Shown here piece by piece: positions 49,345 through 59,490 of a DNA stretch of 64,000 nucleotides. The position numbers and the translations under genes were made by a program. The stretch covers positions 448,001 through 512,000 of the forward strand of contig JBLWTJ010000001.1 in the NCBI GenBank assembly GCA_048270185.1, in the 5' to 3' direction. The notes beneath the pieces were generated by a model. It saw only the letters and a list, made by a program, of their open reading frames with translations. It searched no databases and was not told the DNA's origin. This DNA comes from Bacteriovoracaceae bacterium. Its GTDB lineage: Bacteria > Bdellovibrionota > Bacteriovoracia > Bacteriovoracales > Bacteriovoracaceae. The stretch's first letter is position 1; the number at the start of each line of letters is the position of its first letter.

Positions 49345-50514
49345 TTAAAAGCAAACACCTTGTATTCGGTCTATTTGTGAACCAGAATTGAACTCAACTT
49401 CTCGTAAGATTGAATTTGCGGGACACTTTAAGCTAAATGATGACCCACCTGAGCCACCTCTTTGAGTTGAATTAGATGTCGAACTTCCGTCATATTTTGC
49501 ACATATAAGACCAATGCGGTCGATACGTGAGGCAGATCGTCCAACTAAACCAACAGCAAATTTTCCGGCAGGACAAGTTATAGAAAAAGATGTTCCACCA
49601 TTTCCTCCCGCAAGATGAGATGAATAAGCGCTACCACTTGCGATAGGTTCTAAAGTTTCATAATTAATTTCTCGGCATATAATACCAAAGGCATCAACTT
49701 CTGATCCAGACTTACCTCTCATTCCAGTTACCCCCATACCAGCTGGGCACTTAACAGAACTTTGTCCGCCTCCGTAATTTCCGCGAGAAGCAAGTTTCGT
49801 GATTCCAACTTTAGATATGCGACATTTTGGACTTGATGACTCATCATAGAATTTACCGGCCATATGGCAGGCAAGCTCTTCGTTAGATGATGATTCTTTA
49901 ACAGAACTACAAGAGAGAATTCTTGAGACGCCACTTGACTCAGGAGACTGACCAGTCGAGAGCCCAACATTAATATCAAAATTCATTGTTAGTTCTCTTT
50001 CTTTAGTTGAACTGACTTTTTTTGTATAAACAACTCTAACAACACCAACGTCATTATGAGCAGAAGAGTCAGCATAGTCGGTCCCTACACCATTATTCAT
50101 AATGAGCTTAATTGATTTGATCGTAAGCTTTCCAAATTTTGACTTATCTTCAGAACCAGGGTTATTTGCACCGTTAAACTTCTTTAATGTTCTGGTATCT
50201 CCATCTTGATTAGACAAGAAGAGAGCGATGTCAAGGCCTTCAGTATCCTCATCATGATCAGATTTTTTGAATGTAACAGCAGAAGTGGGAGCTCCAGCAC
50301 TGCCATTGCCAGCGAGACTAACACGACAATATCTCTCATCATCAAGAAGTAGTCTTATCGAGTTCTTTAAATCAACTTCATCAGATACTGATTGAGCAAA
50401 TTTTGAAGCATCACCCATATTCTTCATTAACTGCATACCAGCTAAAGAAAGAACCCCAAGAATTCCTGCGGCCACAACTAGTTCTGCTAAAGTAAATCCT
50501 TTATTATTCTTCAT
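49345..50514 (-). CDS. Prepilin-type N-methylation domain protein with a C-terminal jacalin-like lectin domain
   Basis: KGFTLAELVVAAGIL class III signal; three GG.GG...CP.G...G....D.....C repeats. Confidence 0.8.
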   Translation of the reverse strand: MKNNKGFTLAELVVAAGILGVLSLAGMQLMKNMGDASKFAQSVSDEVDLKNSIRLLLDDERYCRVSLAGNGSAGAPTSAVTFKKSDHDEDTEGLDIALFLSNQDGDTRTLKKFNGANNPGSEDKSKFGKLTIKSIKLIMNNGVGTDYADSSAHNDVGVVRVVYTKKVSSTKERELTMNFDINVGLSTGQSPESSGVSRILSCSSVKESSSNEELACHMAGKFYDESSSPKCRISKVGITKLASRGNYGGGQSSVKCPAGMGVTGMRGKSGSEVDAFGIICREINYETLEPIASGSAYSSHLAGGNGGTSFSITCPAGKFAVGLVGRSASRIDRIGLICAKYDGSSTSNSTQRGGSGGSSFSLKCPANSILREVEFNSGSQIDRIQGVCF

Positions 50515-50562
50515 AGTAATAGTTTAAATGAGCATTAACTTACATACAAATTCAAACGCTTA

Positions 50563-51483
50563 CTAGTGACAACTTTTAGATATTAAATAGCTTTTATACT
50601 CATTAAATTGCCTACCTAAGTCTGCACATCGATCTGGCTCCATAGGACAAGATGCATTTACTTTATTAAGTCCCTTAACAATCTTTTTTCTCATCAATTT
50701 GGAAGTGTAATCACTACAATTAATTCCTTCATCCATTCCATCATCGATAAAATGTGATAATTCAATTCGACGACTAAGTTGATACTCATTATCAATACAC
50801 TTGATATATCCATTAGAATTTAAATCCTCTTTAGTTAGTGGATCAATACCTTTTCCAAAAAGATGCTGAAAGAATCTTAATCCATTAAAATTTGCAACTA
50901 AGTCACCATTAGATATAATCCCATTAAAGAAACCACCCCACATTATCTTTTCAGAGCTTCTGCCATACTTTAAAATCTCTCTCGTATTAAATCCGTGTTC
51001 TAAGCGTCGATAATAGAGGTAGCCGATATTAAAAAAATGACTAAATTTATCACTACCAATAAGAGCGTCATCAACTTTTAAAAGTGGTGAATATGGCGTT
51101 AATTTTAAAAAGGGTTTGTAGATCAATGGGATATATCGATAAATCGATTCTTGTTTTTTCGTTCGTATTAGATAGTCCGCTCCGATACGATTCTTATCGA
51201 TATAAGTTTGAAGTGGAGATGATATAAATAGGCCACGAACGCCTGCCACTAATTTCTTTTTAACTTTTCGCCGAAGCGTTCGATAACTGCAACTTCGTCC
51301 ATATAAATGATCAATCTTATTTGCTTCCTTTATTGCTTCATTTACTTTGTCGTTAACAAAGTCATCGACTAAATCAATAGCATCGGGAATTGAGCGATCA
51401 CGATGAGTGAAGCTATCCACTTCAAGTGCGCTACTATTAAAACTTAATAAAAATGGAAATAAAAAGACCCCTAAAACTTTCAT
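50563..51483 (-). CDS. Secreted hypothetical protein
   Basis: Signal peptide; EVDSFT, IGSDKFSHFF..G and DLVANF.G motifs. Confidence 0.65.
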   Translation of the reverse strand: MKVLGVFLFPFLLSFNSSALEVDSFTHRDRSIPDAIDLVDDFVNDKVNEAIKEANKIDHLYGRSCSYRTLRRKVKKKLVAGVRGLFISSPLQTYIDKNRIGADYLIRTKKQESIYRYIPLIYKPFLKLTPYSPLLKVDDALIGSDKFSHFFNIGYLYYRRLEHGFNTREILKYGRSSEKIMWGGFFNGIISNGDLVANFNGLRFFQHLFGKGIDPLTKEDLNSNGYIKCIDNEYQLSRRIELSHFIDDGMDEGINCSDYTSKLMRKKIVKGLNKVNASCPMEPDRCADLGRQFNEYKSYLISKSCH

Positions 51484-51575
51484 TATAAGAGCCTACAAAA
51501 AAGGACATTTCTTACATATTTAAGATTTATTAAAAAAAATTGCACTTTCTAAAACTTTACTGTAATTATGAGGAA

Positions 51576-51672
51576 ATTCACCAAGGGAGCTACACCAAAA
51601 TGTGGCTGAGAATAGCGGAATAGGGCCGTAATACCTTTTAACTTGATCCAGATAATGCTGGCGTAAGGAGAG
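51576..51672 (+). ncRNA. TPP riboswitch (THI element)
   Basis: AAGGGAGC...GCTGAGA...ATACCTT..AACTTGATCCAGATAATGCTGGCGTAAGGA matches the TPP aptamer consensus. Confidence 0.93.
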
Positions 51673-51676
51673 ACTA

Positions 51677-53707
51677 ATGAAGCAATCATTGCTTTGGGTA
51701 CTACTGTCTGTAGTACTCTTACCACTAACATCAAATGCCGAAATCTTTATTTACGGAAACTTTCTTAAAAATGATTATTATAGCGACACAAGTAGTGTTT
51801 CAGTAAAGTCACAAAGTGAGCTTTCAAAGACTCAAAATACCGACATGAGTGATGCTTTTAAACTCATACCAAATGTGAATGTGGCCAACGGAAGTTCTCG
51901 TTCAAGCTACTTTCAAATTCGTGGAATTGGAGAGCGTTCAGCCTATGAAGCCGTTTCAAATTACTCCGTTGGTGTTATGGTTGATGAAATTGATTACACA
52001 GGAATCTCAGGGGTCACAAATCTAAATGGACTCTCACAGGTCGAAGTCTTTCGTGGCCCTCAGGCCACTCAATATGGGCCATCAGCACTGGCCGGTATGA
52101 TCCACCTAAGATCACAAGAAATAAGTGAGAAGAATCAATTTAGCACATACCTTTCAATGGAATCATTTAATACTTTTGAAGAGGCCATTGGCTACACTGG
52201 CATGATCTCAGATAAAACAGGCCTTAACATATCTCTTAGTAAGCGAGACAGTGATGGCCTCATGGAAAATAAATATCTCAATCGTAAAGATACAAATGGA
52301 CAAAATGAGCTTGCAGCTCGCACAAGTCTAAGACATGATTTTAATGATTCAACACTTACACTGGGTCTCCACTACTTTGATAAAGACAATGGTTATGATG
52401 CCTTCATTCAAGATAACTCATATACGACAATATCAGATAAGCCAGGAAAAGATAAGAGTGAGACTTTTGGGCAATTTCTAAAATTTGAAAAAGATATTAA
52501 TGCCAACCTAGTTAGCACCACAATATTTACTCACCTAAGAAACGACTCTCTGTATAGCTACGATGAGGACTGGGGAAATAACCCATACTGGAATGCTCTG
52601 CCGGGTTATAACGCTGACTATGATTACAATATTGAATTCACAAGGGATCGTGAAGACTTTTCACTCGATCAAAGATTTGATCTGAATAACAAAGATACTT
52701 TTGGAATTTATCTAAAAAAATCTGATGAAGACTTTCATGAAGTAGGTTTTAAAGATGGTAGTGAGAGAAAGAATATTCTAGGTAAAGTCGAAACTCAACT
52801 AGCCTCTTTTTATGCCCAAAAGAAGCAAGAATTAGAAAATAAAAAACAAATTGAATACGGTGCACGTATTGAATACAGAGACGTCGACTACAAAGATAAC
52901 TCGGCAGAACTTCACTCAGATGATCTAATGTATGGGCTTAATATTACCTTATCAAAGAAAGATCTTTTAGGTGATCTCGCCTATATCAAATTGGTAAAGG
53001 GTTATAAGCCAGGAGGCTTTAACACACAGTCAGCAGTTCCACAGTCTCGCAAGGAATTTAAACCTGAATCTCTCTATTCACTTGAAGTTGGCCAAAAAGC
53101 AAAACTTAGTGATTCAAAAGTTGATCTTAACACTAATCTCTTTGTGATGTACCGTGAAGATGCACAAGTTAAGACATCCTTTCAAGATGACCCAATGGAT
53201 CCTAGCTCATTCACTTTCTATACAGACAATGCAACTAGTGGACTAAATTACGGAGCAGAAATTGAAGCTGCATACACGCAAGAGCTGGGTTTAAATCTCA
53301 TGTCATCGTTAGGACTTCTAGGTACTCGTTATAATGATTATACTGTTGGTACAAGAGATCTGCGTAGTCGTGAAATGCCACACGCCCCAAATTATCAAGC
53401 GAATCTAAATATCGAGTACAAGTATCAATCAGGGATGTACTGGAATGTGAATTTCTTTGCCTCAGATGATTTCTTCTACTCAAACTCACATGACAATATG
53501 TCAGAACCATACCAATTAGTTGATGTGAAAATTGGCTATCGCTATAAGGGCCTAGATATAGCAGTATGGAGTAAGAATATCTTTGATGAGAACTATAGTT
53601 TACGTGGCTACTACTTCGCCAATATGCCGCCAGCATGGGCCGATGAACTCTATACGCAAAGAGAGGCGCCTAGAAGTTTTGGCCTATCGGCACTTTGTAA
53701 ATTCTAA
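51677..53707 (+). CDS. TonB-dependent receptor, probably for thiamine or a precursor
   Basis: Plug motifs IRGIG and VEVFRGPQATQYG..ALAG, GYKPGGFN, KNIFDENY, PRSFG and C-terminal F; lies downstream of the TPP riboswitch. Confidence 0.92.
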   Translation: MKQSLLWVLLSVVLLPLTSNAEIFIYGNFLKNDYYSDTSSVSVKSQSELSKTQNTDMSDAFKLIPNVNVANGSSRSSYFQIRGIGERSAYEAVSNYSVGVMVDEIDYTGISGVTNLNGLSQVEVFRGPQATQYGPSALAGMIHLRSQEISEKNQFSTYLSMESFNTFEEAIGYTGMISDKTGLNISLSKRDSDGLMENKYLNRKDTNGQNELAARTSLRHDFNDSTLTLGLHYFDKDNGYDAFIQDNSYTTISDKPGKDKSETFGQFLKFEKDINANLVSTTIFTHLRNDSLYSYDEDWGNNPYWNALPGYNADYDYNIEFTRDREDFSLDQRFDLNNKDTFGIYLKKSDEDFHEVGFKDGSERKNILGKVETQLASFYAQKKQELENKKQIEYGARIEYRDVDYKDNSAELHSDDLMYGLNITLSKKDLLGDLAYIKLVKGYKPGGFNTQSAVPQSRKEFKPESLYSLEVGQKAKLSDSKVDLNTNLFVMYREDAQVKTSFQDDPMDPSSFTFYTDNATSGLNYGAEIEAAYTQELGLNLMSSLGLLGTRYNDYTVGTRDLRSREMPHAPNYQANLNIEYKYQSGMYWNVNFFASDDFFYSNSHDNMSEPYQLVDVKIGYRYKGLDIAVWSKNIFDENYSLRGYYFANMPPAWADELYTQREAPRSFGLSALCKF

Positions 53708-53726
53708 CTCGTGATATAATAGAGGA

Positions 53727-54638
53727 ATGATAAATCAGATATTTGATCACTTCATTCCTCTTTTCTTCTTAGGGGCCATGACCTTCTTCGGTCTTGCCTT
53801 TCACCTCATTATTAGAAGTATTAATTCTTATTACAAAACCAATGGTAAGCTTATCAAAGCAAAGATCATTGCTTTTAAAGAAGAGACAAAGACTCGAAGA
53901 TATCGTGGAGGGCGTGAGACATCCACAACTATTAGACCAGTTATTGAGTATTACCAAAACGGAGATCGCAGATTATTTCTAGGCTCTAATCAGAATTACT
54001 TAAACCATCATATCGGAAAAGAAGTTGATATTTATCTTGTTGAAGATAAAGAGAATCATGTTCTACAAAAAGAGAATGTCTACCGTATCTTCAACTACGT
54101 TTCACTTATTTTTGTTATTACTCCCCTCGTGATTATCTTCTTTAACAATGCGCCTATCGTATACAAGCTCACAATCCCTCTAACATCGCTTCTTATCTTT
54201 ATTCCTATTATATTGAAAATGCGCGCAACTAAAGCAAAGTTAGACGACAGCAGAAGTCTTCTCACTGTCGTTCAAGAAAAATTGATCGAAAATAATAGCA
54301 TGATTGACATTAAAGAATTTGATAATAGTAATGACTATATCAAGGCTTCAAAAGACTTTAATAAAAAACTTAGCTCGGCCAACCTAATAGGAATTATTAT
54401 GACGGCCATTTTTGGTGGTGGCCTCTACTTCCTTACAAAGCATGTTTATCAAAATAGAATATCTAAAGAAAATAAAACCCTAATTGATAAGTTTCTAAAT
54501 GATGCCAATGAGTATGGGCCAATATTTGAGCAAATTGGAAAGAATGAAGATATCACAATTCTTGCCATCTTCATTGCTTTTTCAGTTATATTAGTAATCG
54601 GTTTCTCAATCAATCTAAATGGATTCCTAAAGAGATAA
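53727..54638 (+). CDS. DUF3592-like membrane protein
   Basis: TM helix, then RPVIEY...IGKEVDIY, then further TM helices. Confidence 0.6.
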   Translation: MINQIFDHFIPLFFLGAMTFFGLAFHLIIRSINSYYKTNGKLIKAKIIAFKEETKTRRYRGGRETSTTIRPVIEYYQNGDRRLFLGSNQNYLNHHIGKEVDIYLVEDKENHVLQKENVYRIFNYVSLIFVITPLVIIFFNNAPIVYKLTIPLTSLLIFIPIILKMRATKAKLDDSRSLLTVVQEKLIENNSMIDIKEFDNSNDYIKASKDFNKKLSSANLIGIIMTAIFGGGLYFLTKHVYQNRISKENKTLIDKFLNDANEYGPIFEQIGKNEDITILAIFIAFSVILVIGFSINLNGFLKR

Positions 54639-55100
54639 TTAAAATCTCACACCAACACCAATATAAAAATTTACTCCCTCTTGATCAATTTGTTGCGAGA
54701 GTCCACTATCGTGCTCTAAGGGTGCCATTACATAGTTGCGGTATTCGACACCTGCAGTAATGAAGAAGCGATCATTTATAGTTACTTTTGTTTCGAGTGA
54801 AACACCATAAGAGTAGCCACCAATGTCATTAAAGTGCTCATCATTGTACTCATCATTATTAAAATTAGTCTTTGTTCTTGTATTAACATGGACTAATCCT
54901 CCACTAATGCCAGGTCCTAATTCTAACTTTAAACGAGGAGTATCGATCATACGAATTACATAGCGGACGCCTAATTGAATATCATTTAAGATTTTTTCGT
55001 TCTTAGCTTCATAAATAGAATACTCTTCGTCAGAGAAGAGTCCTCCCTCAGTGCGTCCAACACTTCGACCAATCATCTGATAATGACGGTAAGTATCAGC
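54639..55100 (-). pseudogene. 5'-truncated outer-membrane beta-barrel gene
   Basis: Only C-terminal strands are present, ending in FYIGVGVRF. No signal peptide. The frame stays open only about 11 codons upstream of the ATG at 55076. Confidence 0.55.
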
Positions 55101-55469
55101 GATCTCACTTCAATTAATGCTGTTCGCGCTTACCTCAACCTCATCCCAGCCGATGCTACAGGTAAGGCTACGATTTGCATCCCTAGTGAAGACGATATCT
55201 TAGAGCTTCAAACAAAGGGCCGAGTTGAGATAAATTTTGTAACGATTGAAAGTGATGACGTCTATTCGGGTGTCTTTAAGAACTATGACAAACTTAGTGA
55301 TAAGACAATTATTTTTGCTGCCGGTGAATTCCATAAAGTTAAGTCATTAAAGGAAAGCATCAAAGAAATTGGTATTGTTAAGAGTGAAAATACTTTCATC
55401 TCAAGTTACTGGAAAAGAGGAATGGATGATGCTTCATTTCGAGATGAGAAGAGAAAGAAAAACGTATAA
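55098..55469 (+). pseudogene. 5'-truncated siderophore-interacting protein (SIP C-terminal domain only)
   Basis: DLTSINA (GDETALPA equivalent), FAAGE and SSYWKRG motifs; the FAD-binding N-terminal domain is absent. Confidence 0.6.
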
Positions 55470-55599
55470 ATAAAATTAAGCTAATAAATAAGTTAGTACA
55501 TTAACTAGTTGATATAAAACGTGTACATTCACTAAACATCATTGTAAATAGTGCAAAAGATAAATGAAATCAGCTTAACTCGTATAAGATCTGAATACT

Positions 55600-58563
55600 A
55601 TGAAAAGCACTAATATTTTTACATTACTTGTCGTATTACTTTTTAACACTCTTATTCTTGCGAACTCAATTGAGATCTCAGCTCTGCCTGACAAGACAGT
55701 TCAACCCGGAGAGGTCTCAATTCAAGTCCTACCAGTTAGAGCAAGTAGTGATACAAACTACACAATTGTCACTGAAAGTAACCAACAATGGCGTGTGGAA
55801 GCCCCTGAGTCAGCTCAACTTAAGGCAGGAGAACTAACATATCTAACTTTTTATACTTATTCTCCAAGCTTTGCTGATGCAGGAACAATTCACGAACTAA
55901 AAATAATATTCATTGACGAACAGACAAAAGAAAAAATCGAAAAAACGATTAGTTTTGTTATTGCAAAGAAGCAGGATCTTGACTTCTTTAACGCTGATAA
56001 AAACATTGAAACAAATAAAAAAGTCTACACGCTAAACTTGAAAGTAAAGAACACAGGAAATAGTGCTGAGAATTATAACTTCTCAGTTAAGAATCTCACT
56101 CCTGAGGTTGGTATTTCATTAAATACTTCTCCAACAAGAATTGAGAACGGTGAAACAAAATTACTACCAGTAAGAGTAAACTTTAAGAATAATACATCAA
56201 CTTATGCGGCCTTTGAAGTTGTTGCCAAAGTTGGTGGCATTATTAAATTTCAAAAGAAATTCCAAGTTAAATTTGTGAACAACGCAAATAATCAAGACCG
56301 TCAAGGTAATTATCTTGATACAACTTTGACAATTACAAATGATTATATGAGTGTTGAAGGTCGAGATTCTAACCTTAGCTCTGTCATTATTAATTCAAAC
56401 GGAGCACTTTCTGACTATGTTTCACTATCAAGTTATATCCAGGCCAATATGGTGGACGGACAAGCAACTGACGCAAGAGGTACATTTCATTTTGACGGCG
56501 ACAGCTGGAAATTTAGTGCTGGAAATAATGTTGATTTAGATATAGATGCAGATGTAGGAAATGAGGCAAGAGACGGGATTGGTTTTTCGAAAGATATTTT
56601 ACCTAATCTGAAAGTTGGAACACTTGTTGGTGTCAATGAAAATGATGAGCTAAATACTGCAGCAATGCTTCAATATGACCCAATCCCAGGACAAAGAACA
56701 TTTGTTATCCTTAATCGAAACTCAGATACAAACGAAACATCTGGCTCAATTGGTTACCGAGGAAACTTTAATTCTAATGATAAATTATCATTTGCTCCTT
56801 CACTAACAGTATCAGATGATCCACAACGTGGTATTATTCAAGACTATCGATCGGCCATGCGTTATATGGTGAAGAAAAACCTACCGATTGCGGTATCAAC
56901 TGGTTTCAAGAAAGATCGCTTTCAAGAGGTAATCTACAATAGCGCTTCAATGTCTTATAATTTTGATGGTGTCCTAATTGAGCTGACACGAAATGATGAA
57001 AGAGAAAGAGATCTATATGAAACAGAATCAAGTACAACAACATTTAGAAATTCAAATGAAATACGTGTAAGCTTCCCTTTAGGAGATGGTCTGTCAGCGA
57101 GTGTAAACTACCAAGACCATAATAGTAGCGACGAGAGTGAAAGCAGAAAGTTCATTACTTTTGCTTATCAAAAAAATGGATTATATGCAGCAATGAGAGC
57201 TGGTGTTACCGACAAGGAATACAAGGACAATCACTTTCAGAACTACACAAACGAACCATTCATTACAATTAACTTAAGTTATAAGCGACCAGAGTTTACG
57301 ATTAGTGCAAATCTTGAATATGAATCATTTGGTGACGACTCATTTAGATCGAGAGCAAACATTGGAATTAATATTCCAATTAATAATAATCACTTCAATG
57401 GTGATGCATACCTAAGAGCAGGACACGATCAGGGTCAAAGAAATGACTATGTGACTCAAACGGAAACAAATCTCGACTACATCGAAGCTGGAATTAGAGC
57501 TGGAACAAATAGTAACTATTCGTTAGAGATTTATGCAAGAGCAGAAAATAATAATTACTATGATGATGTCGATTATCAAGTGGGACTTCGATTTCAATAT
57601 AGATTTGGAGCAAAAACACCTCGCAGTGTAGAGAATATATTCGGAGGGAAGAAAACTGGTAGTATTAGAGGAAGGATCTGCATTGATTTAAATAATAATG
57701 ACGTGTGTGAATATAATGAGCCAGGAGTTGCAGGACTAAGCGTATACAGCGTAACAGGTTCAGCGACAACTGAACTGGACGGTAGTTACTTAATTGAAGG
57801 TCAGAAAGCAGACAAAGATCATATTTCAATTATTGAAAGACATGTAACAGCACGATCACTCAAGGCACGTTCATATTTACAACATACAAAAGTTAGAAAG
57901 AATAAGACAGTTGAGGTTAACTTCCCTCTTAAGCAAATATCATCTTTAAACGTCTTTTCTTATAACGATATCAATAAAAATGGTCAGTATGATAAAGACT
58001 TTGACACTATTATCACAGATGTTAGCTACATGCTGATAGATCAGTATAGTGCAATCATTCCTATCAGCGGGAGAACGGCAGATGCGACTATATACTCAAG
58101 ACTAAGAAATGGTGAGTATAAGTTGATTGCAACAGCTAATTCATCAGTCTATGAAGAAGTTGAAAAAGAAGTGATCCTGAACTTCCCTGAAGATAATATG
58201 GAGTCAATTGGTGTTTCATTCACCCTACTTAAGGCTCAAGACCTTAGTACAAAAGAGAAAATTGTTACTGAATTTGACACAAGTATCTTAAGAGGCCCTA
58301 AGTATGAAGCGCTATTAGTTTTAGATTCATCTGAAACTAGCTATAAAAATATAAAAACAGTGATTATTGAGTTAAATGGATACAAAGCTCAAGTAGATAT
58401 CGAAGAAGTTTTCGAAGGGATGTGGGATATAAAACTTAACCTGAAAGAACTAGCTGAACTACTTAAAGATAAGAACAAAGTCATCGTTACAATTATACTT
58501 TCAAATAGTGATGGCGATGATATTCAGATTAAGAGAGATAGAGTTTTATTTTATAACAAATAA
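55600..58563 (+). CDS. Usher-like outer-membrane protein: Ig-like domains, beta-barrel and two SdrD-B-like domains
   Basis: Signal peptide; AGT.H and VKNTGN Ig-like domains; amphipathic strands ending YQVGLRFQYRFG; GRICIDLNNNDVCEYNEPGV and YNDINKNGQYD. Confidence 0.6.
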   Translation: MKSTNIFTLLVVLLFNTLILANSIEISALPDKTVQPGEVSIQVLPVRASSDTNYTIVTESNQQWRVEAPESAQLKAGELTYLTFYTYSPSFADAGTIHELKIIFIDEQTKEKIEKTISFVIAKKQDLDFFNADKNIETNKKVYTLNLKVKNTGNSAENYNFSVKNLTPEVGISLNTSPTRIENGETKLLPVRVNFKNNTSTYAAFEVVAKVGGIIKFQKKFQVKFVNNANNQDRQGNYLDTTLTITNDYMSVEGRDSNLSSVIINSNGALSDYVSLSSYIQANMVDGQATDARGTFHFDGDSWKFSAGNNVDLDIDADVGNEARDGIGFSKDILPNLKVGTLVGVNENDELNTAAMLQYDPIPGQRTFVILNRNSDTNETSGSIGYRGNFNSNDKLSFAPSLTVSDDPQRGIIQDYRSAMRYMVKKNLPIAVSTGFKKDRFQEVIYNSASMSYNFDGVLIELTRNDERERDLYETESSTTTFRNSNEIRVSFPLGDGLSASVNYQDHNSSDESESRKFITFAYQKNGLYAAMRAGVTDKEYKDNHFQNYTNEPFITINLSYKRPEFTISANLEYESFGDDSFRSRANIGINIPINNNHFNGDAYLRAGHDQGQRNDYVTQTETNLDYIEAGIRAGTNSNYSLEIYARAENNNYYDDVDYQVGLRFQYRFGAKTPRSVENIFGGKKTGSIRGRICIDLNNNDVCEYNEPGVAGLSVYSVTGSATTELDGSYLIEGQKADKDHISIIERHVTARSLKARSYLQHTKVRKNKTVEVNFPLKQISSLNVFSYNDINKNGQYDKDFDTIITDVSYMLIDQYSAIIPISGRTADATIYSRLRNGEYKLIATANSSVYEEVEKEVILNFPEDNMESIGVSFTLLKAQDLSTKEKIVTEFDTSILRGPKYEALLVLDSSETSYKNIKTVIIELNGYKAQVDIEEVFEGMWDIKLNLKELAELLKDKNKVIVTIILSNSDGDDIQIKRDRVLFYNK

Positions 58564-58578
58564 AGCTAAAGGTTAAAT

Positions 58579-59475
58579 ATGAAAAGAATAATTTGTGTAA
58601 CTCTTATGCTAACAAATATAGCAACTTTTGCATGTGCAATTTTACAAAAAGGTGAAAATGGTAATCGTTCACACCCAGCAATTAAGCACTTCGTTGAAGA
58701 GAAAGATGAAAATCGTCAAATTGTGCTAAAGAATATAACAGACGAGGACTGTACTTTCACAATAGCTAAAACAGAATTAATCCAAGCAAGAGATGGTAGC
58801 TACTCTTACCTACCATACAAGATAGGACAGACAACTAAGAGATCTCTTAACCCCTATATCTCTTTACTTGATGACAAAGGTAGTGAGAGCTTTAATATAA
58901 TTCAGTCACTCGCTCCAAACGAAACAAAGAGCTATGCAGTACAAATCAATATTCCTAAAGCAGAGAATTTGGGGAGCTACCACTCTGGCTTTCAAATAGA
59001 TTTCACGAACAAGCAGACCTCATTTATGTTAGGTGAAATATACTATTCGACAAAGAATACCAGTGTGTCACCGCAATTAAGGTACTTAAAATTCTTAAAA
59101 GATAAGAAGAAGTTGGCCTTTGCAGTTACAAATAAAGGAGATGCTTACACGTTCTTTACAATGAATCTAGTGTACACAGACCCTATTACAGGTTTCGAAT
59201 CAAAAGGTGTTTTAGACGAAGACGATATGTTTTTATATAAAGCAAATCTAAATAATTACTTACTACCAAATGGAAGAACAATTTTAGGAGAAGTTTCTCT
59301 TAAATATCATATAAAAAATCTAAGAAGACAATTCAATGAACAATTCCCTGGACAACTATTTCCAGAAGTATTGAACCTTACCGCTATTCCGCTATACGGA
59401 ATTGATTATGAAAACTGGGAAAATCACAAAAATATACCATTAGGACTAAAGTCAATCATGATTCAGACTAACTAG
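58579..59475 (+). CDS. PapD/DUF916-like periplasmic chaperone
   Basis: Signal peptide; IVLKN...DGSYSY...RSLNPYI...LAPNETK....INIP....GSYHS; second domain VTNKGD. Confidence 0.6.
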   Translation: MKRIICVTLMLTNIATFACAILQKGENGNRSHPAIKHFVEEKDENRQIVLKNITDEDCTFTIAKTELIQARDGSYSYLPYKIGQTTKRSLNPYISLLDDKGSESFNIIQSLAPNETKSYAVQINIPKAENLGSYHSGFQIDFTNKQTSFMLGEIYYSTKNTSVSPQLRYLKFLKDKKKLAFAVTNKGDAYTFFTMNLVYTDPITGFESKGVLDEDDMFLYKANLNNYLLPNGRTILGEVSLKYHIKNLRRQFNEQFPGQLFPEVLNLTAIPLYGIDYENWENHKNIPLGLKSIMIQTN

Positions 59476-59490
59476 TATAAGGAGAAGACA

